Source: Amoebidium appalachense
Lineage: Eukaryota > Protista > Ichthyosporea
Reading direction: 5' to 3'
Assembly: GCA_963693365.1 (NCBI GenBank)
Contig: CAVNZM010000031.1
Coordinates: 1 to 50,164, forward strand
Length of the DNA: 50,164 bases
Both the position numbers and the translations under genes were made by a program. Shown one piece after another: positions 10,350 through 21,572 of this stretch. The notes beneath the pieces were generated by a model. It saw only the letters and a list, made by a program, of their open reading frames with translations, did not search any database and had not been told where the DNA came from. Within the stretch, counting starts at the first letter, position 1; each line of letters starts with the position of its first letter.

Positions 10350-10586
10350 ATGAAGCCCAAGTATGTCAAGGGACGGTACTGTAGAAGAGGCAAACGGATC
10401 TACCGCCGAAAGCTCCGAAACGCACGAAAAAAGTACAAAGTCCAAAAGAAACATCTAAAACGCATATGGGAACCATCCTATCGTGTACTTGACTATGTGA
10501 CCGGCATACCGACCATGACAACCAACAACGGGTGGGACATCACAAGCTACGAGTACCCCCTACACTACAACATTTCCCGTATGTAA
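10350..10586 (+). CDS. Small, highly basic K/R-rich protein
   Basis: MKPKYVKGRYCRRGKRIYRRKLRNARKKYKVQKKHLKR... The stop abuts the convergent gene at 10589. Confidence 0.45.
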   Translation: MKPKYVKGRYCRRGKRIYRRKLRNARKKYKVQKKHLKRIWEPSYRVLDYVTGIPTMTTNNGWDITSYEYPLHYNISRM

Positions 10587-10588
10587 GT

Positions 10589-12974
10589 CTACAAGGCCGC
10601 GGCCGCGTTGGAGGGGGGCTCGTCGTTGCCGGGGCCGTCGGCGCGATGGCGTCTGCGAGGTGTTTCTTCGTCCCGCCCGTCGCCATCGTCCGCCTCCGAC
10701 CTCCGCCTTTTCTGGGCGGATTGCGACTCGAACACTTCCATTAAACCCTTCAACCGGGCGCCGACCCCGGCCTCGATGCGAGATTCTATGTCTTTTTCCA
10801 GGTCTTCTTTTTCCTTGGCCAGTCCGGTAATCCTCGCATCCTTCGATTCCAATTTCGTTGCGAATTTCTGGTTCCTGTTACGTTCCAACTCATAGGACCG
10901 TGTGATCTTTGACACCTCCCGTGTGAGGTTGGCCACCTTCCCTATCTCGTCAGCGAGTTCCGTCTTGAGTTCTTTAAGTTCCCGCTCGAGGCGTTTTCGC
11001 TCCGTTTCCTTAGTCTCCTTCCATTTCGTATTTTCGGCTTCGAGTTTGCGAACTTTCTCTTCGAGGCCGTTGATCTTTGTCGAGTCCGCGTTGTTACGAC
11101 GTGTGAGCTCCTCGATCTTCGCTTCCTTCTCCGCGCTAAGCTTCTCTAAGGTTTCCCTCGTCTCTTTTCCTCCCACGACTGCGATCTTCAAATTTTGCTT
11201 CAGCGTCGCGCTTTCCTGCTCGAGCTTAACGATCTGCGCGCGGTACCGCCCCGAAACCATGCCGATGAGGCGCGTGATGGTGGAAACAACCTCCATAGTG
11301 GCCACGGAGTCGCCGTCGAGTAGACCGGATAGGTCGCTCAAGGGGTCGGCTGAGGGTGGGAGTGCGAGGCGCGCGGGCCGTCTAACGTCTTGCTCCTGCT
11401 CCTCCTTCTCAGTCTCTCGTTCGATCTCTCGCTCCGCTCCCTTGTTCTCTTCACGCTCATCTCGCTCCGTTCCCTCGTTCTGTGGATCTCGTTCCAAATC
11501 TCGCTCCTCTCGCACTTGCTCCTCTCTCTCCTTCTCTCGTTCCTCCGCTCGCTCCATCTCTCGTTCCTTCTCTCGCACTCGCTCCCTCCGCTTGCTCCTT
11601 CTCTCGCTCCCTCCGCCCGCTCCTTCTTCTCTCGCTCCTTCTCTCGCACTCGCTCCCTCCGCTTGCTCCTTCTCTCGCTCCTCCGCTCGCTCCTTCTTCT
11701 CTCGCTCCTTCTCTCGCTCCTTCTCTCGCACTCGCTCCCTCCGCTTGCTCCTTCTCTCGTTCCTCCGCTCGCTCCTTCTCTCGCTCCTTCTTCTCTCGCT
11801 CCATCTCTCGCTCCTTCTTCTCTCGCTCTATCTCTCGCTCCTTCTCTCGCTCCTTCTTCTCTCGCTCCATCTCTCGCTCCTTCTTCTCTCGCTCTATCTC
11901 TCGCTCCTTCTCTCGCTCCATCTCTCGCTCCTTCTCTCGTTCCATCTCTCGCTCCTTCTCTCTCTTGTTGTCCTCTCGCTCCTTTCGCTTCTTTCGCTCC
12001 ATTTCTCGATCTCTCTCTCGACCTTGCTCTCTCTCTCGGTTAATTCGCGCCCCCCCTCGCCGCTGACTCTGCAGCTGTTTCTGTTGCTGGGCCCCAGCAG
12101 GCGAATGGAACAGTCCGGTCGTGGAAAATGGTTGGTGTTGCCCCGTGTGTGCCCCAGGAGAGAAGAGTCGTGGCTGTGCAAATGGTATAGGCTGTGGAGA
12201 GGCCTGCACAGGCCGTGTCATTAGGGGTTGTGGCTGAAACCCGAATTGCCGAGGGTCGAGAGTGTTGGGTAGAATTGGTCTGTTTTTGGTGCCGCCGGTC
12301 GTGGTTTGGGGTCCCGTGGTGGGAGCTGCCGGGGATGCAGAGGACGGTGCTGTCAGGGGTGGAAGATCGAAGTCGAGAAACCAATCTACAGTGGTGTGAA
12401 AACCAATCTCTTCCTCTTGTGGGTTCGCGTTCACGTCCAAACACGCGAAATTTTCAATCGCCAACCAATCTATGTCCTGGGGCGGAATTGTCATCGAAGG
12501 GCGGAAAGTCTTTCCGGGTGTAAAACGTTGCAAAAATGTTGCCAATGAACACGGATAAACCAACGCGTTCACACTGGTCAAACATGTAGCCGTTAAAGGG
12601 TCAACATAGAGGACTTTCAACTCATCGGCTACATGCCTTAGTATCCCGGCTGCTTTTCTCAGGCGGAGGAATTCAGAAAGCGAAGGTGTCGTGATGTGTT
12701 CATTTGGCTGTGTGCGCGATAAACAATGTGAAGCAACGTGCATGAAATGGTGGAACGGCGTATTTGGTCCTGTTTTTGTAAAAGGTACACAAACGTGGTT
12801 GTGGTCATCTATGCACTCGCCCAACGCGCACGATTTATCTATAGTCACATCCAAAAACACATCATCTCCCCTCGTCACTAACGCTGCCTCAAAATATCGA
12901 TCTTCACCAACTCTGACTCCAATAGTGCCTGGGGCGTACAGGCGCAATAAGCATGCAAACTGTGCTCTGTCCAT
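10589..12974 (-). CDS. Large protein: globular N-terminus, P/Q linker, E/R/K repeat and coiled coil; frame change inside the repeat
   Basis: ORFs 11457..12974 and 10589..11731 overlap across the GAGCGAGAGAAG repeat in different frames. The C-terminal part is a clear heptad coiled coil. Confidence 0.65.
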
Positions 12975-13425
12975 ATCTCGTGGAGTCTACGGATTCTTAC
13001 GCATTTTCGGCCTAGCGATTTAGTACATTGTGGCAGCTCATTTGGCAAGGGCTGGTTTTTGTGCGTTTTTTTTTTATCAAAGAGTCGCGCAGCCAATCGT
13101 TCACTTCCGATGAACCAACAACCACTCGTTAATTCGATAGGAAATCGGTGATTTGATGACATTCAGCCAACAAATGGGTTGTTGCCATGTGTAAATAATG
13201 ATTGGTTTGTCGAAATGTCTCGCATTTTTCTTGACTTGTTGGATCGCTGATCTTCAACCAAACATATATCTACAATTTGCTTTTCTGTTATTTTAATTGG
13301 CTAGACGTCATGCAAGTGTTTTGGGCTAAAAGATTCCCGTGCTGTGATTGGTTGCTCAATCGTATCACGTTGGAAGATGCATCGGTATGTTGTTTTGCTT
13401 TATTGAGCCCCTCGGGTCGGACGTT

Positions 13426-13851
13426 CTACTCCGAGTCGCCGTCGTCGAGGATGGAATCTGTTTCTATATAGTTGTCCTTGTCGACGTGTTTGAGTGATTG
13501 CTTTGTGGCGAGGTCTTTGTCCGGTATGGCAGTCAGGAAGGATACCAGGTCGTTGGCCTTTTTCGTGTCCTTGAAGTACGTTTCGAGCTGACGGCGGAGA
13601 TACTGTTCGCTTAGTTGTGGCTTTTTGATTGATTCTTGAAGAATCAGAAGGTCTTTCGTGGGAAGCTCGAGTGACCTGACATTTCCAGACGACATGTACT
13701 TCAGAATGGCCTTCTTTATAGTATTCATTTTCTTGGTCACAGGTTTTGTCTGTGCCGCGTGCTCCTTGATCTGTGCGTGGAGGGTTGCATAGTCACGCAA
13801 AACGCCCTTCAAGCTCTCTACATTGGAGATCTCGGTGTTTGGTTTTCCCAT
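13426..13851 (-). CDS. Conserved large-DNA-virus coiled-coil protein (DUF5760-like)
   Basis: Pattern L..IK......K....IK..IL.YM....V..L......L.L....KK..L....L...L..YF.D...A..L. Confidence 0.65.
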   Translation of the reverse strand: MGKPNTEISNVESLKGVLRDYATLHAQIKEHAAQTKPVTKKMNTIKKAILKYMSSGNVRSLELPTKDLLILQESIKKPQLSEQYLRRQLETYFKDTKKANDLVSFLTAIPDKDLATKQSLKHVDKDNYIETDSILDDGDSE

Positions 13852-13974
13852 TTGCTATTACACACACATAATATTTTGTGGTGTTTTCGGCGAAGTCGTG
13901 GTGCTAACGTCATCGAGTCTTGGTTCTGCTTGCGTCATCGAGTCTTGTTCTGCTTGCGTCATCGACGATTATAA

Positions 13975-15287
13975 ATGACGATGTCATCGACCGCGAGCTC
14001 GACGTTTCGATCATTGGTTGGATTTGTCCGTGTGAACCCCAAGATGCGTTTTGCGACGACCGGGGCGAGTTGTGTGCCGTTGTGCTTTTTCAACCATCCT
14101 GTCGAAGGAGCCTCCGTGTTCCTAGCCCGACCCCGTGCCTACAATCCATTTGGGGGTGTCGAGAGGTGGAGCCTTGAGACGGGCCCCGTTGGCTTCCCAA
14201 GCGCTGGTCTGGCGCGGTTTTGCGAGTTGACCACGGCGTACGTCGTGCTGGTAGTCGATTATCCGACGTTTGTTGTGTGGGGCAAATGTACAATCTCGTT
14301 GGTTAATCGCCATCGCGCGGAACCTGGCGTTGGCCAATCAGCGTTGCTGCGCGCGTCACCGGGCAGTGCAAACGCGGATAGGCGGGTTGGGGCCGCGTCG
14401 GCTGACATACTCGCGCTGGACGTCTTGCTGCCGTTCGATGTAACCGGTGCGCGTCTCGTGGGATACCCAGCGGTCGCCACGGGGTCGTGGTATTTTTGAT
14501 CCACAGCAGCCCAGATCTGGGTGACTGGGCCTGTCCGCAGCTCCGGGGATATGGGACCGGTACTGCCGGGGCTGGGAAAGGACCCGGGTTGCCGCTTTGG
14601 TCGATGGACCGACATGTGGTCTCCGAGCATCCGTGTTCTGTGGGCGACTCGCTTGTTGTGTTGTGTCGGGGAGAGCGAGGATCGACGTTTGTTGTGTCGG
14701 TTGATTGGGTCACGGGTGCGCGGAACTGGAGTGTCTGTCTGGGTGGGTGGATGGGTGCGATGGGGGTGTTGTCGGTGTCGAGTGTCGATATCCGTGTTCT
14801 GTACCACAATCATGCGCCAGGTGAGGACGGGACGCTCGCGGTGGTGGACGCGATCGGTCTGCGGGACGGCCGACTTCTTGGGGAATGCAGAGTGGATATG
14901 CTGACGACTTGTAGACCTCATTGGTGCGGTGATGAAGTCGGGTGTGCATTCTGTTCAAAGGCACCCCTCGAGCCCACACATCGATACTTTGCCAAGCGTG
15001 CGTTATGTACTTGTTGGGTGGATATGTACGAGAGGACGGTGTTGTGCCGCGGGGGCGACCGATTGTATGTTGGTCGCCTGGGTTTCAGTAGAGGGGATAG
15101 CGATGTGCTGATATACGAAGTCGGCGCTGACGATGTGGTGCGTCTTGTCAGCCAGCATCGCGTGTTTCTGGATGGTGTCGTGCACGCGCTGACCATGAGT
15201 GTCGCCAGTCGATTCGTTGTTTTGGGCGCACACGTGACCGCCGATGGAGGGAGTATCTTTCAGGTTTTCCGGTGGAAGATCGAGTGA
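13975..15287 (+). CDS. Hypothetical beta-rich protein(s); two overlapping ORFs, possibly one frameshifted gene
   Basis: 13975..14499 and 14487..15287 overlap by 13 nt, and the second lacks an ATG at its start. TATAAA lies immediately upstream. No family recognised. Confidence 0.45.
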
Positions 15288-15655
15288 TGTGTGGGCTACT
15301 ATTGCCCGGTGTACTAACGATTTGAAGCTACACAGCTGGCTATTTTTGCTTTCGTGCTCGGTCATTAGTATTCAATATTACACACCATGTTCTGTCATTT
15401 GGTTTCGGTGTTGGCACTAAGATATGTAATTGCACACCGACATGTGTCGACGGTTCATAGTCTTTGCTTCTGTTTGCCAGCACTGCCAAAGTTTGTATCC
15501 ATCAAACATTATATATAAACTGTATCTGTATCTGTGTGTTGTTCCCCGTTCCGTGCATGCTCGATAATAGCACGTAAAATAATGGGTTAGTCTCATATGA
15601 CCACTGATTCGATGTATCCTCGGGTGGGTGCGGCGTCCCATGCAGGGCAGCCATG

Positions 15656-16579
15656 TCACGGTGTGTGTTGCGTTTGTGCTGTGGATTGTGCGTACGGGTC
15701 GAGCTTGCGTTCGTGGCCGACAAAGAAGTTTGTCGTGAGAGTCGCGATTGTTCGGCTTGATGCGAGTGTCACTTGGTATGCCTTGAGGGATGCACATGCA
15801 AATGCTTTGTCGTCGAAGAAAGACTCGCATCTCGCCAGTGTTTTTGAGATTGTTGTCGAGCCGGATTTGACGGCCGTGACCGTTCCACAGTCGTGCAGTG
15901 GAAACGCAACATATGTGCCTTCAAAAGCACCCTTGATGGTCCAACAAGGACTCTGTTTGTCTCCAGAGAAGTGGATCAGTCCTGAAGATATTGCCCCGTG
16001 AACTGTCTCGTCGTATGTCATCCACGGAGACGATCCGTGTGTGAATACGCGGCCGCCGTGTACATCCAGAAATGCAATTCTATGGATGTTTGGGTCCCTC
16101 GATGTGGCCGTTTTCTGTTGGGGTTCGTTATTTTCCTGGTAGAGTCTTTTGTAATTGGCGAGTTCGTGGTGAAGCCTAATGTTATCCTTTTCCGTCTCTT
16201 GTAATGAATTTATAAGCCTGTTCTGATTATTTAAGAGCTTGATCGCGTTGCTTATTTGCGACATGATACTTTCCAATCCCTTCTCGAGTGGATCGTCTTT
16301 GGTTTTTTCTGTTGTGCTAGGTTGCAAATGAGCAGCCATCGTCGTGAAATGATTCAAAATTTTGAGTGTCTGTGTGGAGGTTCTGTTAAACATGTTTATT
16401 ATATTTTTAATGTCGTCTATTTTGTTTGGGTCGTCGACATCAGTGCCACCCCCAACTGTTCCCGATCCAGCGGTGTCGCTTTCTTTTGGCATTTTCGATA
16501 ACAATCTGACGATGTCATCGTGTGTGGCGCTCAGTGAATTCCGAATTCCGCTTAGAATTTCTTCGTTTACGGTTGACAT
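15656..16579 (-). CDS. Hypothetical protein with N-terminal helical/coiled-coil region
   Basis: 307-aa ATG-initiated ORF with natural composition. Confidence 0.65.
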   Translation of the reverse strand: MSTVNEEILSGIRNSLSATHDDIVRLLSKMPKESDTAGSGTVGGGTDVDDPNKIDDIKNIINMFNRTSTQTLKILNHFTTMAAHLQPSTTEKTKDDPLEKGLESIMSQISNAIKLLNNQNRLINSLQETEKDNIRLHHELANYKRLYQENNEPQQKTATSRDPNIHRIAFLDVHGGRVFTHGSSPWMTYDETVHGAISSGLIHFSGDKQSPCWTIKGAFEGTYVAFPLHDCGTVTAVKSGSTTISKTLARCESFFDDKAFACASLKAYQVTLASSRTIATLTTNFFVGHERKLDPYAQSTAQTQHTP

Positions 16580-16664
16580 TTCTGTTTATCATTGCTGTGA
16601 AAATATCGACACCGCCCGAGCGACAAATTATTGGTCTCGTAACGGACACGCCAATCGGCTAGTC

Positions 16665-17848
16665 TGGTGGGACGGAAGCAAGGGTTCTGTGTGGCGACCA
16701 ATCGGAACGCGCGGTTGGGGCGTGGTCGTGGTGACGGGACTGCGGTCAAGGGTAGAAGCATCATCGAAGACCCTGTCGTGTCGGACGCGCAATCTGATTG
16801 GTGGGACGGAAGCAAGGGTTCTGTGTGGCGACCAATCGGAACGCGCGGTTGGGGCGTGGTCGTGGTGACGGGACTGCGGTCAAGGGTAGAAGCATCATCG
16901 AAGACCCTGTCGTGTCGGACGCGCAATCTGATTGGTGGGACGGAAGCAAGGGTTCTGTGTGGCGACCAATCGGAACGCGCGGTTGGGGCGTGGTCGTGGT
17001 GACGGGACTGCGGTCAAGGGTAGAAGCATCATCGAAGACCCTGTCGTGTCGGACGCGCAATCTGATTGGTGGGACGGAAGCAAGGGTTCTGTGTGGCGAC
17101 CAATCGGAACGCGCGGTTGGGGCGTGGTCGTGGTGACGGGACTGCGGTCAAGGGTAGAAGCATCATCGAAGACCCTGTCGTGTCGGACGCGCAATCTGAT
17201 TGGTGGGACGGAAGCAAGGGTTCTGTGTGGCGACCAATCGGAACGCGCGGTTGGGGCGTGGTCGTGGTGACGGGACTGCGGTCAAGGGTAGAAGCATCAT
17301 CGAAGACCCTGTCGTGTCGGACGCGCAATCTGATTGGTGGGACGGAAGCAAGGGTTCTGTGTGGCGACCAATCGGAACGCGCGGTTGGGGCGTGGTCGTG
17401 GTGACGGGACTGCGGTCAAGGGTAGAAGCATCATCGAAGACCCTGTCGTGTCGGACGCGCAATCTGATTGGTGGGACGGAAGCAAGGGTTCTGTGTGGCG
17501 ACCAATCGGAACGCGCGGTTGGGGCGTGGTCGTGGTGACGGGACTGCGGTCAAGGGTAGAAGCATCATCGAAGACCCTGTCGTGTCGGACGCGCAATCTG
17601 ATTGGTGGGACGGAAGCAAGGGTTCTGTGTGGCGACCAATCGGAACGCGCGGTTGGGGCATGGTCGTGGTGACGGGACTGCGGTCAAGGGTAGAAGCATC
17701 ATCGAAGACCCTGTCGTGTCGGACGCGCAATCTGATTGGTGGGACGGAAGCAAGGGTTCTGTGTGGCGACCAATCGGAACGCGCGGTTGGGGCGTGGTCG
17801 TGTGGTCAAGAGTTCGAAGACCCTATCGTGTCGAACGCGCAATCTGAT
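16665..17848. repeat. 134-bp tandem array: 8 near-identical copies plus a degenerate 9th
   Basis: Unit starts at 16665, 16799, 16933, 17067, 17201, 17335, 17469, 17603 and 17737. One substitution was noticed, at about 17660. Confidence 0.97.
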
Positions 17849-18084
17849 GTGTGATATTTCTGTTGTTTTTTTTTTTTGTTATTTTATTCTCCTTCTGTGA
17901 TTTGTTTACAACAATCTTAAACCGGGCGGTCCAATTGATGGATGTCTCTTGATACTTTGTTTTTGTCGCTACGTTGTGTGTCTCCTGGCTATAAGAAGTG
18001 TTGTGTGTGTGTCAAGTATGCTCATTCTACAGTCGCAGCTTTCTCTTCACATCTACTCTAGCTCTCAACGAGGCTGTTTTCAAC

Positions 18085-19251
18085 ATGTCTAACCTTAGCT
18101 CTCGAGACTACGACTTGGGGGTTGATGGTGCTGCAATCGAGGCGGCCCTTGCCATTCCTAGGAATGTCAAAAACCTCGTGCGCGTTGCTGGGTTCGGATG
18201 TGTTGTCCGTGATCTGATGACTACTTTTGCCGACTATACCCACGACGAGAGGCTCAAGGAAATCCTTTCTGCTATCAAGTGTATGTTACCTGAAGGGATA
18301 CCACAATACCCGAGGGGTTTCACTTCAGAAGACGAAGAGAGTCTGAGGACCGCCATCGTTTCTTACTGCAAGAGTAGCAACCGCAACGCCACGATTGCTC
18401 GGAATGTCGAGTCGTGTGCACGTGCCGGTGATCTCGCCCAGTCTATGGGTGCCGCCCCCATCGCCCCGCCTCAAGATGTCGCCCCCATCGCCCCGCCTCA
18501 AGATGTCGACATCGAGATGGCTGAGCAAGACCCAGATGATACTAAGATGGGTGATCACAATTCGGAAAGGAGCTCCAGTAGTAGGTCTGATACCGAATCG
18601 TCGTCGTCTTCGTCTTCATCTGATGACGATGACAACGATGACAACGATGACAACGATGACAACAAGGGGGCTATCTGTCTCAGTGAGTTCTACAGTCTTA
18701 TGCAGAAGAATCGTGAGAGCCAGGACAATGTGGTTATCGATGTGCCAGCCTCGCGGTTTGCTATGTTCGATAAACTGGGCAATCCGATCTTTGTCGAGTC
18801 ACGCCATCGAATCGCCGAACCCCAAACCGCTCCGATCGAGGTTTCCTCTGACGATGACACCAATCAAGATCGTCCGCCTGTCGCTCAGCCCGTCGTCTCT
18901 AATGGGATCAGTAAGACCATTGGCCGCAAGTTGGCGATTCCATCGGTGGGCAAGACCCTCCCCGGGACTGCCGAGGCACTTCGGAAGATCGCGAATGCCG
19001 GTGTTCAAAAGCACTCCAAGCCCAAGAAGTCTAAGCCCAAGAAGTCTAAGTCGGAATCGCCCGTACCCAACAACATTGCCGACTGTAATAACCCAGAGAG
19101 TAGAAAACGTGCATTTTCTGAATATATGGATACTTGCAAGAATATTTGTAAACTGGTAAAGAAGAATATATTGACAGAGGAGCAGGCTAAACAGGCTAAA
19201 CTTGCGGCCTGGCAGAAGAGAATCGAAGACGAGTCAAAGCCTGATGAATAG
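18085..19251 (+). CDS. Low-complexity acidic/basic putative nuclear protein
   Basis: TATAAG at about 17990 and ATG at 18085. Contains a PIAPPQDV duplication, an S/D tract and a KPKKSKPKKSK basic cluster. Confidence 0.75.
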   Translation: MSNLSSRDYDLGVDGAAIEAALAIPRNVKNLVRVAGFGCVVRDLMTTFADYTHDERLKEILSAIKCMLPEGIPQYPRGFTSEDEESLRTAIVSYCKSSNRNATIARNVESCARAGDLAQSMGAAPIAPPQDVAPIAPPQDVDIEMAEQDPDDTKMGDHNSERSSSSRSDTESSSSSSSSDDDDNDDNDDNDDNKGAICLSEFYSLMQKNRESQDNVVIDVPASRFAMFDKLGNPIFVESRHRIAEPQTAPIEVSSDDDTNQDRPPVAQPVVSNGISKTIGRKLAIPSVGKTLPGTAEALRKIANAGVQKHSKPKKSKPKKSKSESPVPNNIADCNNPESRKRAFSEYMDTCKNICKLVKKNILTEEQAKQAKLAAWQKRIEDESKPDE

Positions 19252-19417
19252 GTTTAAATCATGTCATTAGTGTCGATGTATGCGTGTTCTTAGTCTTAAC
19301 AGTAGATTCGGCTTCTATTAGTATGCATATGTGTTTCTGTGCTTGTTTCTTATATCGACTTGGCTTGTCAATAAAAGTTTCATTGTGTTGTTACTCGATA
19401 TGTTTGGTGAATATTAT

Positions 19418-19635
19418 ACCCCCCCCCCCCCCCCCCCCCTGCCGCGCGTGCCTCGCGTGCCCCACGTGCCCCACGTGCCTCGCGTGCCCCACGTGCCTCG
19501 CGTGCCTCACCTGCCTCACCTGCCTCACGTGCCCCCCCCCCCCCTGTCCCCCTGCCTCACCTGCCTCACGTGCCTGCCTCACCTTCCCCCCCCTGCCCCC
19601 CTGCCTCACCTGCCTCACGTGCCTCACCTGCCCGG
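19418..19635. repeat. Poly-C plus 9-bp GCCTCGCGT/GCCTCACCT/GCCCCACGT array
   Basis: Direct reading. The same 9-mer family recurs in many intergenic spacers. Confidence 0.9.
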
Positions 19636-19647
19636 GTCAAGACTCAA

Positions 19648-20064
19648 GACTTAGACTTTTTGCTCTCTGTCTCGCGTGTAGACTTAGACTTTTTGCTCTC
19701 TCTCTCTCTGTGCTTCGCGTGTAGACTTAGACGTTTTGCTCTCTCTCTCTCTGTGCTTCGCGTGTAGACTTAGACGTTTTGCTCTCTCTCTCTCTGTGCT
19801 TCGCGTGTAGACTTAGACGTTTTGCTCTCTCTCTCTCTGTGCTTCGCGTGTAGACTTAGACGTTTTGCTCTCTCTCTCTCTGTGCTTCGCGTGTAGACTT
19901 AGACGTTTTGCTCTCTCTCTCTCTCTGTGCCAGTGTCCATACTTAGACTTTTTGCTCTCTGTCTCGCGTGTAGACTTAGACTTTTTGCTCTCTGTCTCGC
20001 GTGTAGACTTAGACTTTTTGCTCTCTGTCTCTCTGTGCCAGTGTCCATACTTAGACGTTTTGCT
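19648..20064. repeat. Minisatellite, unit about 33-45 bp (GACTTAGAC(G/T)TTTTG(CT)n...CGCGTGTA), about 10 copies
   Basis: Direct reading. Confidence 0.9.
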
Positions 20065-20875
20065 TCCCGTCCCCCGTTCCCCGTTCCCCGGCCTGATCCT
20101 TAGTGTGACACTATGTTATCGCGTTTTAGGTTTAAATCGATGTGTTTGTTGTCATTGGCCACTTTCCCACTTAAAAGTGGGTAATGCTGTATCGCTTGTT
20201 TTATCTCTTTTTTTTTTTCTCTTTTTCGATTTTAAGTGGGAAAAGTGGGAAGTGGGAAATAGATCGATCGCGATCGGATCGGAGGGTTTGGTCGGGTGTG
20301 ATCTCAAAGTCACCAGGTCACATGACTAGTCCAACAACAATGAGCGCCATCGTAGTATATGACACCCCTATTACATATTATGGGTAAGTAGAGGCTAGCA
20401 TCGGTAGCTCCGAAAGAAAGTTAAGGCACCGGATCACAATATCATACTGTGCAGCATTAATAAGGTGATCTAGGATAGTCATCTTAAAACGGATATATTG
20501 AGGAAGAGAGGATGTCGACAGAGCCGACCAATCATATTTTGCCAGTTCATATCGGTCCAATCACAAGTTGGCATTGAGTCAAATTGACAGCATTTGGATG
20601 TCGATCGTCAAGCCGGCAAGCACCCTTCGTTGCTTCATTCTGATTGGTTGTCACACCACGGGGTTTCCCGATTGTTCTTCGAATGACATTTGCTATCACT
20701 ATCAGACAGTTCTCCAATATCAGAACAGAAAACGGTCTCTACCCAGATGGCCAGATGGCCAGGTCAAATTCAGTGTGTGAAAAAAGGTGGATAAAACGGG
20801 ATAAAACGGTGAGCAAAATGATGTGGCCATCTGGCCATGTGGCCATGGAATCTCTATATCTAAAAATAGCTGCCA

Positions 20876-21160
20876 CTGCGCCGGGGCGTGGTTCCGGGAG
20901 GCAGGGGAGCAGGGGAGCACTCACTGGCCCTGCGCCGGGGCCTGGTTCCGGGAGGCAGGGGAGCAGGGGAGGCAGGGGGGGGCACGTGAGCACTCACTGG
21001 GGCCTGGTTCCGGGAGGCAGGGGAGCAGGGGAGCCACTCAGTGTGTGGGTGTGCATATGGCCATGGTCACACTGGGGCCTGGTTCCGGGAGGCAGGGGAG
21101 CAGGGGAGCAGGGGGGCAGGGGGGCAGGGGGGCAGGGGAGCTGGGGGGCAGGGGAGACTG
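20876..21160. repeat. Imperfect GGTTCCGGGAGGCAGGGGAGCAGGGG repeats (4 copies)
   Basis: Direct reading. Confidence 0.8.
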
Positions 21161-21221
21161 GCATGCCACTCAGCGTGTGGATAGTGTATGTTGGCACCAT
21201 GCGGCTGTGTGGGTGGTTTTT

Positions 21222-21572
21222 TTATTTGGGCTTGTGCTTATGGCAATGGGTCGTAGATTTCACCCTGTTTTTGCAGGGATTGCCAGCCTTGGTTTTGCCC
21301 TGGCAGTACCCATTTTCCCTGCCCACACCCACCGCTGCAGCTTCAACCGGTGGCTGTGGTGCACCCATGGGTGGATCCGGAGTGGACACAGTCAGCGCGG
21401 GTACCCCGGTGCGCTCGGTGCGAGGGCGCTGCATTTCTGCGACTGTAAAGGCGGCCACGAGGTCGTCCAACAGGAGGTTTGCATGACCATAGTCCCCGGC
21501 CTTGTGGGTGTGGAGGATGTTGATGGTGTTGTCGCTGTAGAGGAGGACACCGGTGGCAGGGGCAAAGCATAC
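21222..21572 (-). CDS. Probable terminal exon ending in a C-x9-C-x9-C-x2-H zinc knuckle (DUF5763-like)
   Basis: After a CAG acceptor at 21573-21575 (CTAAT upstream) the frame is open: VCFAPATGVLLY...CQGKTKAGNPCKNRVKSTTHCHKHKPK*. Confidence 0.5.
   Translation of the reverse strand, partial: VCFAPATGVLLYSDNTINILHTHKAGDYGHANLLLDDLVAAFTVAEMQRPRTERTGVPALTVSTPDPPMGAPQPPVEAAAVGVGRENGYCQGKTKAGNPCKNRVKSTTHCHKHKPK

Noticed and set aside
10902-12224. 440-aa Ser/Leu/Arg-rich plus-strand ORF
   Set aside because: Antisense shadow of the E/R/K repeat and coiled-coil gene.
16665-17848. CRISPR-like array, or the repeated 99-128-aa ORFs
   Set aside because: Units are contiguous and identical with no unique spacers and no cas genes. 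The ORFs are by-products of the 134-bp period.
20378-20780. Short ORFs or a possible decayed gene
   Set aside because: Non-ATG starts, in-frame stops upstream and no recognisable motif.
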